A stretch of 64,000 nt of DNA from Eledone cirrhosa (Eukaryota). Where the stretch lies: the NCBI GenBank assembly GCA_964016885.1, contig OZ024741.1, positions 302,002,001 through 302,066,000 of the forward strand, read 5' to 3'. The notes beneath the pieces are model-generated. The model saw only the letters and a program-made list of their open reading frames with translations, ran no database searches and had not been told where the DNA came from. Shown here piece by piece: positions 11,785 through 25,676 of this stretch (the stretch's first letter is position 1; each line of letters begins with the position of its first letter). The translations under genes and the position numbers were made by a program.

Positions 11785-11860
11785 CCCTCCGGTTTGGACT
11801 AAAATTTCCACAGTGATCACCGCCAGAAATGAATTCAAAAATGGCTAACAATTATCTTGC

Positions 11861-11901
<41 letters not shown>

Positions 11902-12059
11902 CTGTGTGCCGTCCCTCATCTGTATAACTACTTCTTGATTATTAATATAGTACTTTATATTCAAATGCTTTATAATATATTATGTCCATTACGAGAAGGT
12001 GGTGGAAGCTATATGATAATTATTATGATTCATAATTTTAAAATGACAGTTTTAAGTTA

Positions 12060-12475
12060 GGTTTCAAGTAGAGGCGGTCTATGTCACTGTTGATGTGGAA
12101 GTTTCCGGTATTGTTTAGGATTTTTCAAGTTTTAACATCAATTGTTCCGATTTCGTCTGTCGTCCAATCGGGTATTGCAAACGTTGGCACAGCAAACACA
12201 TTGTGAGCAACTGTTTTATTGTGCGCAGAGGTTTCAGATGAACATATTTTTCTTAATCGGGTGTGATATCCCCTGGTTATGCGTTCCTTGTTACAGATAC
12301 CATTATAGGATATAATCTCATCTATTTCTAGGTATCTGTAACAGTCCTCGTCAGATATCGGAGAAACAGTTAAGCCATTGATAAAAATGTTGCTAGATTG
12401 GCTTGTAGTTTTTCCCCGTTTTACAATCATACATGAACATTTACTACTCCATTCCTATATCATTTGAGAATGTCG
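12060..12475 (-). mobile_element. RT fragment of an R4/Dong-type LINE, same family as 13066-17178
   Basis: ORF 12125-12430 is close to the corresponding part of ORF 14039-15358 (KRGKTT.QSSNI.INGLTVSPISDEDCY). Confidence 0.85.
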
Positions 12476-12539
12476 TAGTATGTATGTATGTATGTATGTA
12501 TGTATGTATGTATGTATGTATGTATGTATATATGTATGT

Positions 12540-13065
12540 CAGGTCGCTCTCAAGTGCTACTGGTAACATGTAACGCAGTACAACCTGTTTTGTAGTCGGA
12601 TCGTCGGCGACTAAATCGGCTAACCCCACCAAGCTTGCTTGGTGAGTAGGGTGATATTTGGGTACCCTGCGGGATGAAATACAAGACCCGGCAAAGGGCG
12701 GAGGAACTCAACAGAGTCAACGTCCATCCAAATAGTACTTTTTTTTTTACCTGGGAATGAAAGGCCCCCAGTTGTTGTCACAACACCTTTCTAGGAGAGG
12801 AAAATTCTGAAAAAAAAATCTGCGGCTTCGGAAGCATCCGATGATGTTGACCAGTTCTCCTTCTCGGGTAGTGTTTTCGATGCTCAGAGAATGGGATTGG
12901 TCGAGTGCAAGGCCTTTCCCCAAACCTTCAAAGCACGGGCATTGCTTGTTCAGGATCTGTTACAGGTTCATGTGGCAGACCGTAGCCTAAAGGTGCACCA
13001 GTTTCTGTAATCTTACAAGCGATTGCAATACTCTTAGAGTTTGCAGCCATCATGTATGTATGTAT
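12540..13065 (+). mobile_element. Non-autonomous RTE-derived element A (structured 5' part, short 3' end, (TATG)n tail)
   Basis: Homologous to 17302-17921 and 17927-18480; CTAGGAGA motif resembling RTE 5' UTRs; ends CAGCCATC-ATGTATGT. Confidence 0.65.
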
Positions 13066-16000
13066 TGTTCTTCTGGTTTTATAATTTCACAAATTTTTTC
13101 CCAATAGAGAGAGAGTCGGTTTCTAACATAGAGACAAGACTCTCTCATTGGAATTTACACATCAACTAGGTAGATATGTATGTATGCATGCATGTGTAAG
13201 TATGGATGTTATTGTATGTGTGGATGTGGATGTTTTGAGTTGTATGTGTGCATGTGTATATGCTTTGTATCTGTACATGTGTATATGCAGTTATTAGATG
13301 CAAAATTTTTGGAATGTTTTACATATTTTTACTGTTCCATTAATGGATTGTACTTGTAATTTCCTTACTAGTTGTGTTCTTTCTGTTCCTGTGAAGTCTA
13401 GCTTCTCAAGATTTGTATTGAGGTAGTTACTAACATACCCCAGTGCCCCAATAATCACAGGCATAAATCTGAAGGTGTAATCAGGGTGGAGTATCTGCAG
13501 ATTTCTTATCAGTTCTGCATAAATATTCTCCTTTTCGCTAATCTTTGATATTATATTGGCATCTGCTGGAGAGCTAATTTCCACTACTGTGCATGCTTTC
13601 TTCTCCCTGTCCCATATCATAATATCTGGTCTGTTATGCCTGCATTTTATTGGGGTTTTTACTGGAACATTCCACCAGTACTCTTTTATATTATCCATAT
13701 TGCTGTAGCTTTTAATGCGTTTATTATCGGGGTTATCTTTTTTACGAACTGCATTGTACAGTGTTTTGGCCACTACACCATGCCTCGTAGGTAGATAGTA
13801 CCGCAATGACATCTTTGGACAGCTGCTGATGACATGGGTGATATCCTCGATGTTAGTTCTGCAAAGTCTGCACTTGTTATCACATCTAGGTGTTTTGCCT
13901 GCATCCCTATCTCTTTTGTGAGTTAGGTATTTCGTGTTAATCTCCTGTTCTTCGATTTCAAAAGCGTATCCTTCAAAGTGGGAGCCAATATAGCGGTTGT
14001 TGGTCCAAGATAGACTACTTTCCTTATCTATATTACTCTCACTCTGGAGCTTCCTGGCAACATATCCATGCATGATTTTTTTGCTGATAACCATGCAGCT
14101 TTTTATCCATGGATTCACTGCTATATTGCTGAGCGACTTCCCTGGGCGTGAGATTTTGATTATCACACAGGGAATATCTCTCGAGAAGTTCCTTCCCAAC
14201 TCTCATGATCTTATCTGTTTCATGCAGATAGACTTGCTCAAGAAACGGGCTCCTACGCTTCGAGGTTCGTAGATGTTGTCGGAGAGATATGATGCGACAT
14301 TCAAATGCTGTCTGGACTGATGTCAGGCCTCTGCCTCCCTGCTTACGTTTTAAGTAAAGGCGGTCTATGTCACTGTTGATGTGGAAGTTTCCGGTATGGT
14401 TTAGTATTTTTCGAGTTCCAGCATCAACTGCTAGGATTTCGTCTATCGTCCAATTGAGTATTCCAAAGGTTGGTGTTAGGACAGGCACAGCAAACACATT
14501 GTGAGCTAGTGTTTTGTTTTGCGCAGAGAGTTCCGATGACCAAATCTTTCTTAATCGGGTGTAGTATTCCCTGGTTACGCGTTCCTTATTACAGATACCA
14601 TTATAGGATATGTTCTCATCTATCTTCAAGTATCCGTAGCAGTCCTCATCAGATATCGGTGAAACAGTTAGGCCATTGATGACAATGTTGCTAGATTGGG
14701 TTGTTGTTTTTCCCCGCTTTACAGTCATGTATGAGCATTTATCTTGGCCAAACTCCATTCCTAGATCCTTTGAGAACGCCGTAACCAGGTCAAGATTTTT
14801 CTTCATCCCATCCTTGTTCTTGGCATAGAGTTTCAGATCGTTCACAAAGAAATTATGGGTTAGGTTCGTATTTCTGTCCTCGTGTGAGCCAATGATGTAT
14901 CCCTCACATTTCTTGAGCAGAAAGGACAAGGGGTTTAATGACAAGATGAATAATATCACAGAGAGACTGTCCCCCTGAAATATACCTCTGCGATATTTTA
15001 TTTTATCAGTGAAAATAGAGTCCTCCCTCTCTGTCTTTAACCTTATGATAGTAGCCCAAGAAGAAGACAGCCTCTCTATGGCTCTGACAATAATGTCTGG
15101 GACTTTAGCAAGTTGGAGGGCCTCTATCATCCAAGAGTGGGGAACAGAATCGAAAGCTTTCCTGTAGTCCAGCCAGACTGTAGTCATATTCCTCCTAAGT
15201 TGTCGCACCTCCGACATCGCAGTTTTGTAGATTAGGAGTTGTTCAGCATATCCCCAAACCTCTTTCTTTGCAGCTGCTTGTTCATCTGTGATGATGTTAT
15301 TATTTTCACAGTGATCTTGGAGGAATAGGTTCAGGCAGGTTGTATACATCTTATACATCAGGTTCTGGCATGCAATGGGTCGGTAGTTTTTTTACCAAGT
15401 GGTTGTCTCTGTTCTTGGGGACCAGTAATGTTTGTGCTAATGTCAACCATTCTGGTATAAGTGTATCCCCCTTAAGAACTTGTTGGTAGAGGTCAGTAAG
15501 ATACCTCCGATAGAATATCAGTTTTTTGTACCAGTAGCCGACAATCATGTCTCTTCCTGGTGCTTTCTTATCTTGGAGTTTTCCTATGACAATCTCAAGG
15601 CTACCCTCACTTATTTCGTAGGTTTTTGTTGTAGCGTAGGAGCAATAGTTCTTTCGAATTTCTCTTAGCCACACTGCATCTTGGTTGAAATTCTTCTTTT
15701 CACCCCATATTTTGCTTCAAAAGGAATCTATGTCTTTCTGGGATGGGGCCTCAGTGACACTTATTATTTTGTTTTTCATATCTCTATAGACTGATGTTTG
15801 GTTTCGTCTGAATCTTTTATTAAGCACTTTTCTCTCATCTACCTTCTTCAAGTATCGGCGTTTTTCGCTAGCAACTCTCAATTCTTGTTTGAGGGTGATC
15901 AGCTTATATTGAAGAGTTCTGGTTCTACTGTTACCAAACATCGTCTCTATTTTATTTTTCTCTCTTTGTTGGTGAGGAGTGAGTTTTTTTGCGTTTGTTT

Positions 16001-17178
16001 GCATGTAAGGAGCATTGTCACATATCCTATGTTTTTTCGTAGGTCAGCAATCATTTTTTCTATTTTAGTTATATATGATGGTATTTTTGGTGGTGTTCTG
16101 TTCTTATTAATATCTCTGCTATCACCAAGATAATGATTCACTGTCGTTGCTAAGGCATATAAACAGGCGTTGATTTGTCAAAATGTTGGGGTTTTTATCC
16201 GTCGTAAATATTCATCCCCTATTTCGTCAATAACACATAGTATTTCATTATTTGGTTTTTTATTCACCATTGTCATTTTAACACGTTCAGCAAGAGAGAT
16301 ATTTATACATGAGTTAATTTCTCTCTGGAAGATTTCGTTGAAGGAAATTTTCAATTGTTTATACTTTTGATTATCATTATCGATAGTGTTTTCCACAACA
16401 GTCGAAGTAGACACGGATGGTATACGAGGTGTTACATTTATTCGATTATTGTTATTATTTCTTCGATTATTATTATTATTGATAGTGTTTTCCTCAGCAT
16501 TCGAGGTAGACTTAGATGGTACAGGTGGTGTCAAGTTTCTTACAGGCATAGTTGTTTCAAGGCGCTGTTCGACCTGGCTGCTAGGAAGTCTAGTAGCATG
16601 GCGGCCTGTAGCACGTGTTGCTGATCACATGTTTGTTGTGGGGGACTTACAATTAATACTATTTATCTTATTTTTACGTTCAACAAACGTCGATTATTGA
16701 TGTAATTGTTTCGCTGTGAAATAATTTAGCTCTGGGTGCATTTCGTCCCAGTGTAGCTTCATTCTGTTCATATAGCCAATGGAGGGATTGTTTTTTGCCA
16801 TTTTATAACAATTAAATAAATCATTATTAAGTTCGCAACTCCAAGAGAAATGCGATTTATAATTTCGGTTTCTTCTGTAGCTACAAATGAATAAAGTTTG
16901 TTTACTTTTCTTGTCGTTTTTCGTCGATACTTCCTTAATTTTGTTGTTGATGTTGTGTTCAGCCATGCTGTTTGTAGCAAATCCTTGTAAAATGAATTAT
17001 GTATTTAGTCGGATATCTATACGAATTCGAATAAAAGGTGTCTTCAGAAGATATTGTTAGAAGAATAACCAGTTATTCAACATGACTGTAGTTGTGGCAT
17101 TACTGTCGGAGATAGTATTCGTCTTAAATTTAATAAATAGTCTCCCACGCCAAAATATGCGACTGATCGCGTTGACTG
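13066..17178 (-). mobile_element. Apparently full-length R4/Dong-type RLE non-LTR retrotransposon, frameshifted, flanked by (TATG)n
   Basis: KAPGRD, WLDYRKAFDSVPH, GIFQGDSLS, F.NDLKL, GGRGL, CRLC...HVISSC, RH, RPDI..D/E restriction-like endonuclease motifs; non-coding 5' and 3' regions reach TATG tracts. Confidence 0.9.
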
Positions 17179-17301
17179 TATGTATATGTATTTAGGTATG
17201 TATATATGTATGTATGTATGTGTGTATGTTTTATGTATGTATGTGTGTATGTATGTATGTATGTATGTATGTATGTATGTATGTATGTATGTATGTTATG
17301 T

Positions 17302-17921
17302 CAGGTCACCAGTTGGTGCTACTGGTAACATGTATCCCAGTACAACCTGTCCCATGGTCGTGTCGTTGGCGACTAAACTGGCAACCCCACCAAGGTTTCT
17401 TGGTGAGTAGGGTGACTTTGGACATCCTGCAGGACTAAAAACAAAACCTGTCAAAGGGCAAAGGAGCTCTTAAGAGTCAATGGCCATCCAAAATCACCGG
17501 GAGAGATGACCCCTTAGCCTTTGTCAAGGCAGAATTCTAGGAGAAGAAAAACTCTGATATAACACCTGCAACCCTGATGGTATCTAATGATGTTGACTTG
17601 TTCTTCTTTTTGGTAAATATCATCTTGGTTAAGAGAGTGGGACTGGCTTTGTGCAGTGCCTTTGCTCACTATAAAAGCTTCACGGCACAGGCATTGATTT
17701 GTATCTGGAGATCTCTCTGCACTTGTCGTCACATGGTACCATGGGCCCAGCACTATGTGTCAATAATTGTCACAAGTGTAGTGTTTGTACCAGAGTTTTC
17801 AAGTCACTGGCTGGACTAAAAAGTCGCACTCGTTCAGCGCATCGGTAGGGGTTCTCCTACATGGATATAAAGTAGTGGCCGTACTCGAAAACGAGTTGGC
17901 AGCCACTATGTATGTATGTAT
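17302..17921 (+). mobile_element. Non-autonomous RTE-derived element B, retaining a C2H2 finger remnant
   Basis: 17771-17848 translates to HKCSVCTRVFKSLAGLKSRTRSAHR*; 3' hairpin CTCG AAAA CGAG; (TATG)n tail. Confidence 0.7.
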
Positions 17922-17926
17922 TATGT

Positions 17927-18480
17927 CGGGTCACTCTTGAGTGCTACTGGTAACATGTAACCCAGTACCACCTGTCGCATGGTCGGGTCGTCGGCGACTA
18001 AACCGTCAACCCCACCAAGTTTACTTGGTGAGGAGGGTGATTTTGGACACCCTGCAAGACAAAAAACAAAACCTGACAAAGGGCGGAAAAACTCATAAGT
18101 GTAAACGGCCATCCGAAAGTGTGTAAATATGTATATAGACATGTACCTCGCGGTTAAACCACAGGGAGTGAAGGACCCCTAGCCTTTGTCAGGGCATTTT
18201 TCTAGGAGAAGGTAACTCAGGAAACTGGGATAACTCCGATATAAAACCTGCGGCTCAGTAGTTACCGATGATGTTGATCTTTTCTTCTTTTCGGGTTATA
18301 GCTACTGTTCCTCAGAGAGTGGGATTGACTCAGTGCACAGTCTTTCCTCACTTTAAAAAATATCTTCATGCACAGGCATTGCACAATAGAATTAATTAAT
18401 AATTATTAATAATGGTATATCGTGCAATGGCCATACTCGATAACGAGGGTACAGCCATCATGTATTATGTGTGTATGTAT
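17927..18480 (+). mobile_element. Non-autonomous RTE-derived element C
   Basis: Same 5' ~400 bp as A and B; 3' CTCG ATAA CGAG hairpin and CAGCCATC-ATGTA end. Confidence 0.7.
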
Positions 18481-18604
18481 GGATGAGTGTGGGGGAGTGG
18501 AATAATTATCTTATTTTCTGACAAGGTGCCATTATATATCTTCCAAAACTATTATTTACACTTTAGTCAAGTCGGCTACTCAAATTATTCAGACATTTAC
18601 TTTA

Positions 18605-18725
18605 CGCAAACACACACACATACACAAACAAACAATCAATGAAACAAATATACATATACACACACTCATATATACACGCACACATATACACACGCTCACA
18701 TATACACACGCACACATACACACAC

Positions 18726-18775
<50 letters not shown>

Positions 18776-19045
18776 GTGTGTATATGTGCGACACACACAC
18801 ATACATATATATATATACACACACGTACAGACACACACACACATTTATATGTGTGTGTGTGTACGCGCGTATGTATATGTGTGTGTGTGTGTGTGTGTGC
18901 ATACATATATAAGCACCTATATATATAGAGAGAGAGGGATAGTGTTTGTGTGTGTGTGGTGTGTCTGAGTCAGAGAAATAGTGAGAGAAACAGACGGAAT
19001 GAATAATTCCCAATACATGTGTGTGTGTGTATTTGTGTGTGTGTA

Positions 19046-19077
<32 letters not shown>

Positions 19078-19350
19078 TGTATGTGTGTGTGAGCGTGTAC
19101 ATACATATATAGAGAGAGGGGGAAAGAGAGAGAGTGTGCGCGTCAGAGAGACATAGGCAAAAAGAGAGAGTGTGTGTGTCGGAGAGACATAGGGAAAGAG
19201 AGAGAGAGTGTGTGTGTCAGAGAAACTGGGAAAGAGAGAGTGTGTGTGTCAGAGAAACTGCGAAAGAGAGAGAGTGTGTGTCAGAGAAACTGCGAAAGAG
19301 AGAGAGTGTGTGTGTGTCAGAGAGACAGGGAAAGAGAATTAGAGAGGGAA
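18605..19350. repeat. Compound CA/TG/TA/GA microsatellite field with ~28-bp GTGTCAGAGAAACTGCGAAAGAGAGAGA units
   Basis: Directly visible. Confidence 0.9.
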
Positions 19351-20482
19351 ACAGATGGAGTGAATAATTCCCAAATTTGCTCTGACAAAAAGAAGACGAA
19401 TGACAAATTTTTTTCACTTACATATCATTATGCTTATATACTACACATATATATCAGTAAGCGCCTTTTTTCTATCTGTGATATAACTTTGCTCTTTGTC
19501 TTATTCTTGTTTTCTCACTCTTGTATTTATCTAACTCTGAATCTGTCTTTTTTTGTGTATTTTTCTGTCAATATATTTACCTTCCTCTCTATCGAACTAT
19601 ATTTATATGTATATGTTTATCTACCTATCAATCTACCTAATAGTTTGTCTGTCTACGTTTAAGCCTATCTTTGTTTCTTCAAAGTCTATCCAACGCGTTT
19701 GACGTTTCATTGCATCTCCCTAGAGCATCATCAGATATGAGTGATACCATAAAATGAAGACTGTCAGAAAATCAATATCTGCTAACGTACGTTAACCGTC
19801 AAAGTTTTAGATTTCAATACTCAAATAATAATGGCTGACTATGAAATTATTTTTTTAAGTCAATCAATGCAGACTAGTGTTAAGGTCAGAGAGAATTGTG
19901 ATATTGGATCGGTACACTATTTTGTTTTGCTTGTTTATTTCTTCATTTTACTCACTGCCACTTTTGCTCTGTGTGAGAAGAATGGTGAAAAGGCAACATT
20001 TTTCTCTTTGTCATTCTCCCAAGCAATGTTTCTTTGGCTATCTAGTAAATACCAATTGACGTTTTCAATGAATAGTAAAGGAAAGAGAAACTGTAGAAAC
20101 GATTTTCTTTGCTTCCACAATTATTTTTATTTCATTTTCTCTTCTTATTTGAAATAATCCTAACAAATTTACTTGAAATATTCCCCAGGCTCATCTAAAC
20201 ACATTCAGCTAAAACATTCTTTCAACAGAATCTATAATTTTCTTCACTAAATATCAATCTCTTCTTTTTTAATTCTCTGACTAATATATTAGTTATTTCT
20301 AGCTCTAATATATCTTTATTAGTAACTGAGATTTTAGTAGGCGCTTCTCCCTTTAGGCAGCAAATTTGAAAACGAGATATCTCTAGGTTTACTAAAAATA
20401 CATAGCTGGACACGAAACTAGTCAATTCTCAAAATATCGATTTAGATATAACTACATAGTCACAAAAGAAAGAAGCAATGTA

Positions 20483-21722
20483 CAGGGTGCGGACGGTATT
20501 TGAGGACAGATTTATGGTTTTAAAAAAACGTTTATATAATAACAGAAAAAAAACTGTATTCTTATAAAAATAACATAAACATAAAGCTAAATTATCAATT
20601 TAATAATTTAATTCAATTAAACCACCATAAGCATCAATAACTGCCTCTATACGGGGTCGAAATCGTTTACAAGCTCGGATTAAGTGGTCCTTTTTCATAT
20701 CGGACATGACTTGAAATATGGCGGCTTTCAAAGAATCTTTGGTGCTATGGGTGTGTTCATTGACATTTTTCTCAACAGTGCTCTATACATAGTAGTCCAG
20801 TGGATTGAGACCTGGAGAATTAGGAGGCCAAATGTTGGGGGGTGATGTGATCATGCAAATTGTCAGCCATCCATTCTTGTGTCATTTGAGCCTTTTGTGA
20901 TGATGCAGAATCTTGTTGAAAGACATAAAGCCTTCCATTGCATACACTGTTGATCCAAGGCTTAACAACTTTATCCAGGACCTCAATATATGCAGCAGCA
21001 TTCACCCTAAGGCCTTGTGGAAAAAAGTGAGGAGGCATCACATGTCCTTCATTACTTACAACACCGAAAACCATGACACTTGCAGGAAATTTTGTGTGCA
21101 TTACTCTTGGAACATCACAAGGCTCTGCACATAGCCACCTGTCATTTCTTCTGTTAGTTTTCTGGTCCTGGTCAAAGTTTTTCTCATTTGAGAAAAACCA
21201 AATCACACCATCTTCTGATGGATTTTTAAGTTTGTTTAAAAGTCTTTTGGATCTGATTAAACGCTTTTCTTTTGTTTTTTCTGACATGAATTGACCTCTT
21301 CTCATCACGTAAGATTTGTATCTGATGTCTTCATGCACAGAATTTCTGGTTGTTTTTTCTTACACACCAAAATGTTTTGCAATTGACCTCATTGATTTTC
21401 CTGGATTGTCATCAATGTTTTGCTTAACTTCCTGAATTAATTCAGGTGTCCTGATAAAATAAGAGGGTTTGGAATGTTTTTTACATTTTGATACAGGTAA
21501 TACGCTTCCATCTTCTTTCTCTAACTCACACCGAATCTTGTGGACAAAAGATCTTGTAACTTTCAGAAAACGAGAAATTTCTAAATCCCCAGCATGCCTT
21601 TCATTTTTCATTAGTAAACATAGTTATTTTCATTGTTATTTTCTGAAATGGAAATTCAAAAAAAATTAGTCAAATAAAATAATGACTAAAAATACGTGTC
21701 CTGAAATACCGTCCGCACCCTC
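20483..21722 (-). mobile_element. Tc1/mariner DNA transposon, DD37D (maT) type, frameshifted
   Basis: ~26-bp TIRs CAGGGTGCGGACGGTATTTGAGGACA / TGTCCTGAAATACCGTCCGCACCCTC flanked by TA; WFFSNEK, FQQDSA and PPNSPGLNPLDY, with 37 residues between the second and third D when counted across one frameshift. Confidence 0.9.
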
Positions 21723-21796
<74 letters not shown>

Positions 21797-21938
21797 ATAG
21801 AGGTGTAACACACAAGTTATTATATATTGGTAAACGGAATAGAAAATGCTGACAAATTGTTCACAGTGAAAAATAGTTTAATTAGGAATAAGTGAAAATT
21901 AGTAATAGTATTGGTTAGTATTCAGTTTTGGTTTTAAG

Positions 21939-21974
21939 TTTTACCGGTTGCGCATTTCTAATGCTTTTCAAAAA
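21939..21974 (-). ncRNA. Minimal hammerhead-like motif, mirror copy of 26176-26211
   Basis: Reverse complement of the motif in the right arm. Confidence 0.55.
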
Positions 21975-22340
21975 TAATTTTGAGATAGAGCGTCCGTGAT
22001 GTTTGCTCTGATCTGATTAGTTTTGGGAATTCTACCTGTTTTTATGTTAAAAAAGTGGCTCCAGCGGTATTAAAATAAGTTTTGCGCCAATTCGTGTTGC
22101 AAAAATTCTTGTGGTCAAAACAATTTTGATTGGTCGGTAGAGGTCATGTGAATGTAAAAAATTGATTTTGCGCCAAATGTAGGTTTGTGTCGGCTGACTG
22201 AGAAATAAGTCTTTCACAACAAATATGTGTGTGTGTGTGTGTGTGTGTAGTAGTAGTAAAGAGGTTCGTTGTTGTGATAATGGTCAGCAGGGATGTGTGT
22301 GCGAACCGCAGCCTGTTGACAGTTCAAATGCCTATTAAGA

Positions 22341-22411
<71 letters not shown>

Positions 22412-22515
22412 CAGAGTAATTCGTGGTAGAGGGATGGTCAGTAGGAATGTGTCTGTAAGTGTGTGGGGGACATTTTAACATGTTAAAAGATATTTTTCAG
22501 CTCTTGTCTTACACG

Positions 22516-22558
<43 letters not shown>

Positions 22559-25500
22559 TCTTTGTATGTTAATGTACGCGTGTGTATGTGTGTGTGTATA
22601 TATGTGTGTGTGTGTGTGTGAAAATGTGTGTGTGTGTGTGGATGGACCAGTATTTTTTTCTGGTAAAATGGTGTACATTATTCGATATTTTCAGTAAAAT
22701 CGATTCTCTCAATAGAACATCAAAAACCTTAATAATAAAAAGTGTGAAATGATATATAGTATTGGCATAATACCAAGGTGTGTGTGAGTGTGTGTGTGTG
22801 TCCAGATTGTACGTACTGCAAGGGGGATCCATTAGGCCTTGCCGTATTGGAATACCTGTGCACAAATATGTATCTGGAGTGTGTCCAGAAATTGTATACT
22901 TATGTACAAATATGTATCTGGAGTGTGTCCAGATTGTACGTACTGCAAGGGGTATTCATTAGGCTTTGCTGTATTGGAATACCTGTGCACAAATATGTAT
23001 GTGCCCATCAGTGTGCAATGCATGTGTGAGTTTATGTATGTGTGTGTGTCGGCACGTTTATATCTATAGACATCAAAAGGTATGCAAATTTGTGTATATT
23101 TGTGTTTCACCATAGAACATGTGTGTTTACGTATGTCATTGTGTTTATATGTGGGTAGAGATGTGTGCTGATGTAGGTATGTATGTTGACGTGTGTATGT
23201 TGTGGGTTCGTCTTAGGGAGAAGTGTTTAGACGGGGTCCGTATTTGTTAATAAAGTAAGATTTCTTGCTGATGCGCTGGGTGTGGGTGGCATTATCTTTA
23301 AATTTGTAGAGGGGAAATATTCTGAAGTTGGGATGATTTTGGGCGGCACAGGTATCAATGTGTTCACTCAGTGGTATTTTCCTGTATTCCCGTATTTTAA
23401 TTTGGGATCTATGGACAGTCATGCGTTGGCGGAGGCTGTTTTTGGTCTGGCCTATGTATTGTTCTCGACAACCTGAGCAAGTTAATACATATATTAGATT
23501 TTCTGATGCGCATGTGAAATTGTGTTTTACTATAAAACGTTGTCCTTCTTTGAAATAGAATTCCGAACCCTCTATTAGGTTGATGCAAATGCCACAGTTG
23601 GGTCTATCGCATTTTTTTACTGTGGGTTTCGTTGTTGTGGTTGGCAGTACTTTGGCATGTGTTAGGATGTTTTTCATTGACTTAGATTGTCTTTTGCTCT
23701 TTATGATATCGTGTGTTCGTAGGATTTGGTTCATTCTATGGTCCTTTTTCAACACAGGCAGAAATCTGGGACCGCTATGGGAACGAAAACAGCCCCCACT
23801 TATGCCAACCTAGTCATGGGATACCTGGAAATCACCCTCTACACTAAAGTCCTAAACAAATTTGGAAACACTCTCCACTTACACATAGAAAGGAACTGGA
23901 AGCGATATCTAGATGACTGCTTCATCCTTTGGCACGAAAACATCGAGAAACTTAAAGAATTTCACACCCTTATAAATAGGCGCAACACGAATATTAACTT
24001 CACGATGGAATACAGCCATCAACAACTCCCCTTCCTCGACATCCTCATTAAGATCGATAACAAAAAATAGAAACAGACATATACTACAAGCCCACAGACT
24101 CCAAGCAATATCTTCCTTTCAACTCTTGCCACCCTAGACACGTTAAAATTAATATTCCCTACAACTTAGCCAAGAGAATCTGTACTATAGTCTCCAATAA
24201 AAACACCTGCTACTTACGGCTACAAGAACTAAAGGACACACTCATAGGCAGGGACTACCCTGCATCACTAATTGACAATGGAATCCAACGTGCCCTAAAA
24301 CTCAGTACCCAGGACCTTAGACACCCTAAAGTAAATCAACCGAAACTAAAAGCTCTTCCATACATCTCCACACACAACCCCCTCAAAAATGAGGCCTTTG
24401 ACACCATCCTCCAGAACATCCCTGTGTTGAAAAAGGACCACAGAATGAACCAAATCCTACGAACACACGATATCATAAAGAGCAAAAGACAATCTAAGTC
24501 AATGAAAAACATCCTAACACATGCCAAAGTACTGCAAACCACAACAACGAAACCCACAGTAAAAAAATGCGATAGACCCAACTGTGGCATTTGCATCAAC
24601 CTAATAGAGGGTTCGGAATTCTATTTCAAAGGACAACGTTTTATAGTAAAACGCAATTTCACATGCGCATCAGAAAATCTAATATATGTATTAACTTGCT
24701 CAGGTTGTCGAGAACAATACATAGACCAGACCAAAAACAGCCTCCGCCAACGCATGACTGTCCATAGATCCCAAATTAAAATACGGGAATACAGGAAAAT
24801 ACCACTGAGTGAACACATTGATACCTGTGCCGCCCAAAATCATCCCAACTTCAGAATATTTCCCCTCTACAAATTTAAAGATAATGCCACCCACACCCAG
24901 CGCATCAGCAAGGAATCTTACTTTATTAACAAATACGGACCCCGTCTAAACACTTCTCCCTAAGACGAACCCACAACATACACACGTCAACATACATACC
25001 TACATCAGCACACATCTCTACCCACATATAAACACAATGACATACGTAAACACACATGTTCTATGGTGCAACACAAATATACACAAATTTGCATACCTTT
25101 TGATGTCTATAGATATAAACGTGTCGACACACATACATACATAAACGCATACATGCATTGCACACTGATGGGCACATACATATTTGTGCACAGGTATTCC
25201 AATACGGCAAAGCCTGATGAATACCCCTTGCAGTACGTACAATCTGGACACACTCCAGATACATATTTGTACATAAGTATACAATTTCTGGACACACTCC
25301 AGATAATATATTTGTGCACAGGTATTCCAATACGGCAAGGCCTAATGGATCGCCTTGCAGTACGTACAATCTGGACACACACACACTCACACACACCTTG
25401 GTATTATGCCAATACTATATATCATTTCACACCTTTTATTATTAAGGTTTTTGATGTTCTATTGAGAGAATCGATTTTACTGAAAATATCGAATAATGTA

Positions 25501-25608
25501 CACCATTTTACCAGAAAAAAATACTGGTCCACCCACACACATACACACACACATATACACACACACATACACACGCGTACATTAACATACAAAGACACAC
25601 ACACACAC

Positions 25609-25676
<68 letters not shown>

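Noticed and set aside
19687-19738. Minus-strand CTGATGA-TGC..GCA-AT-GAAA-CG hammerhead-like motif
   Set aside because: Extra bases before GAAA and poor stems I and III; at best a decayed relic.
22796-23000. Repeat-spacer appearance suggesting CRISPR (also 19200-19330 and 31872-31980)
   Set aside because: Plain tandem duplications without unique spacers, in eukaryotic context with no cas genes.
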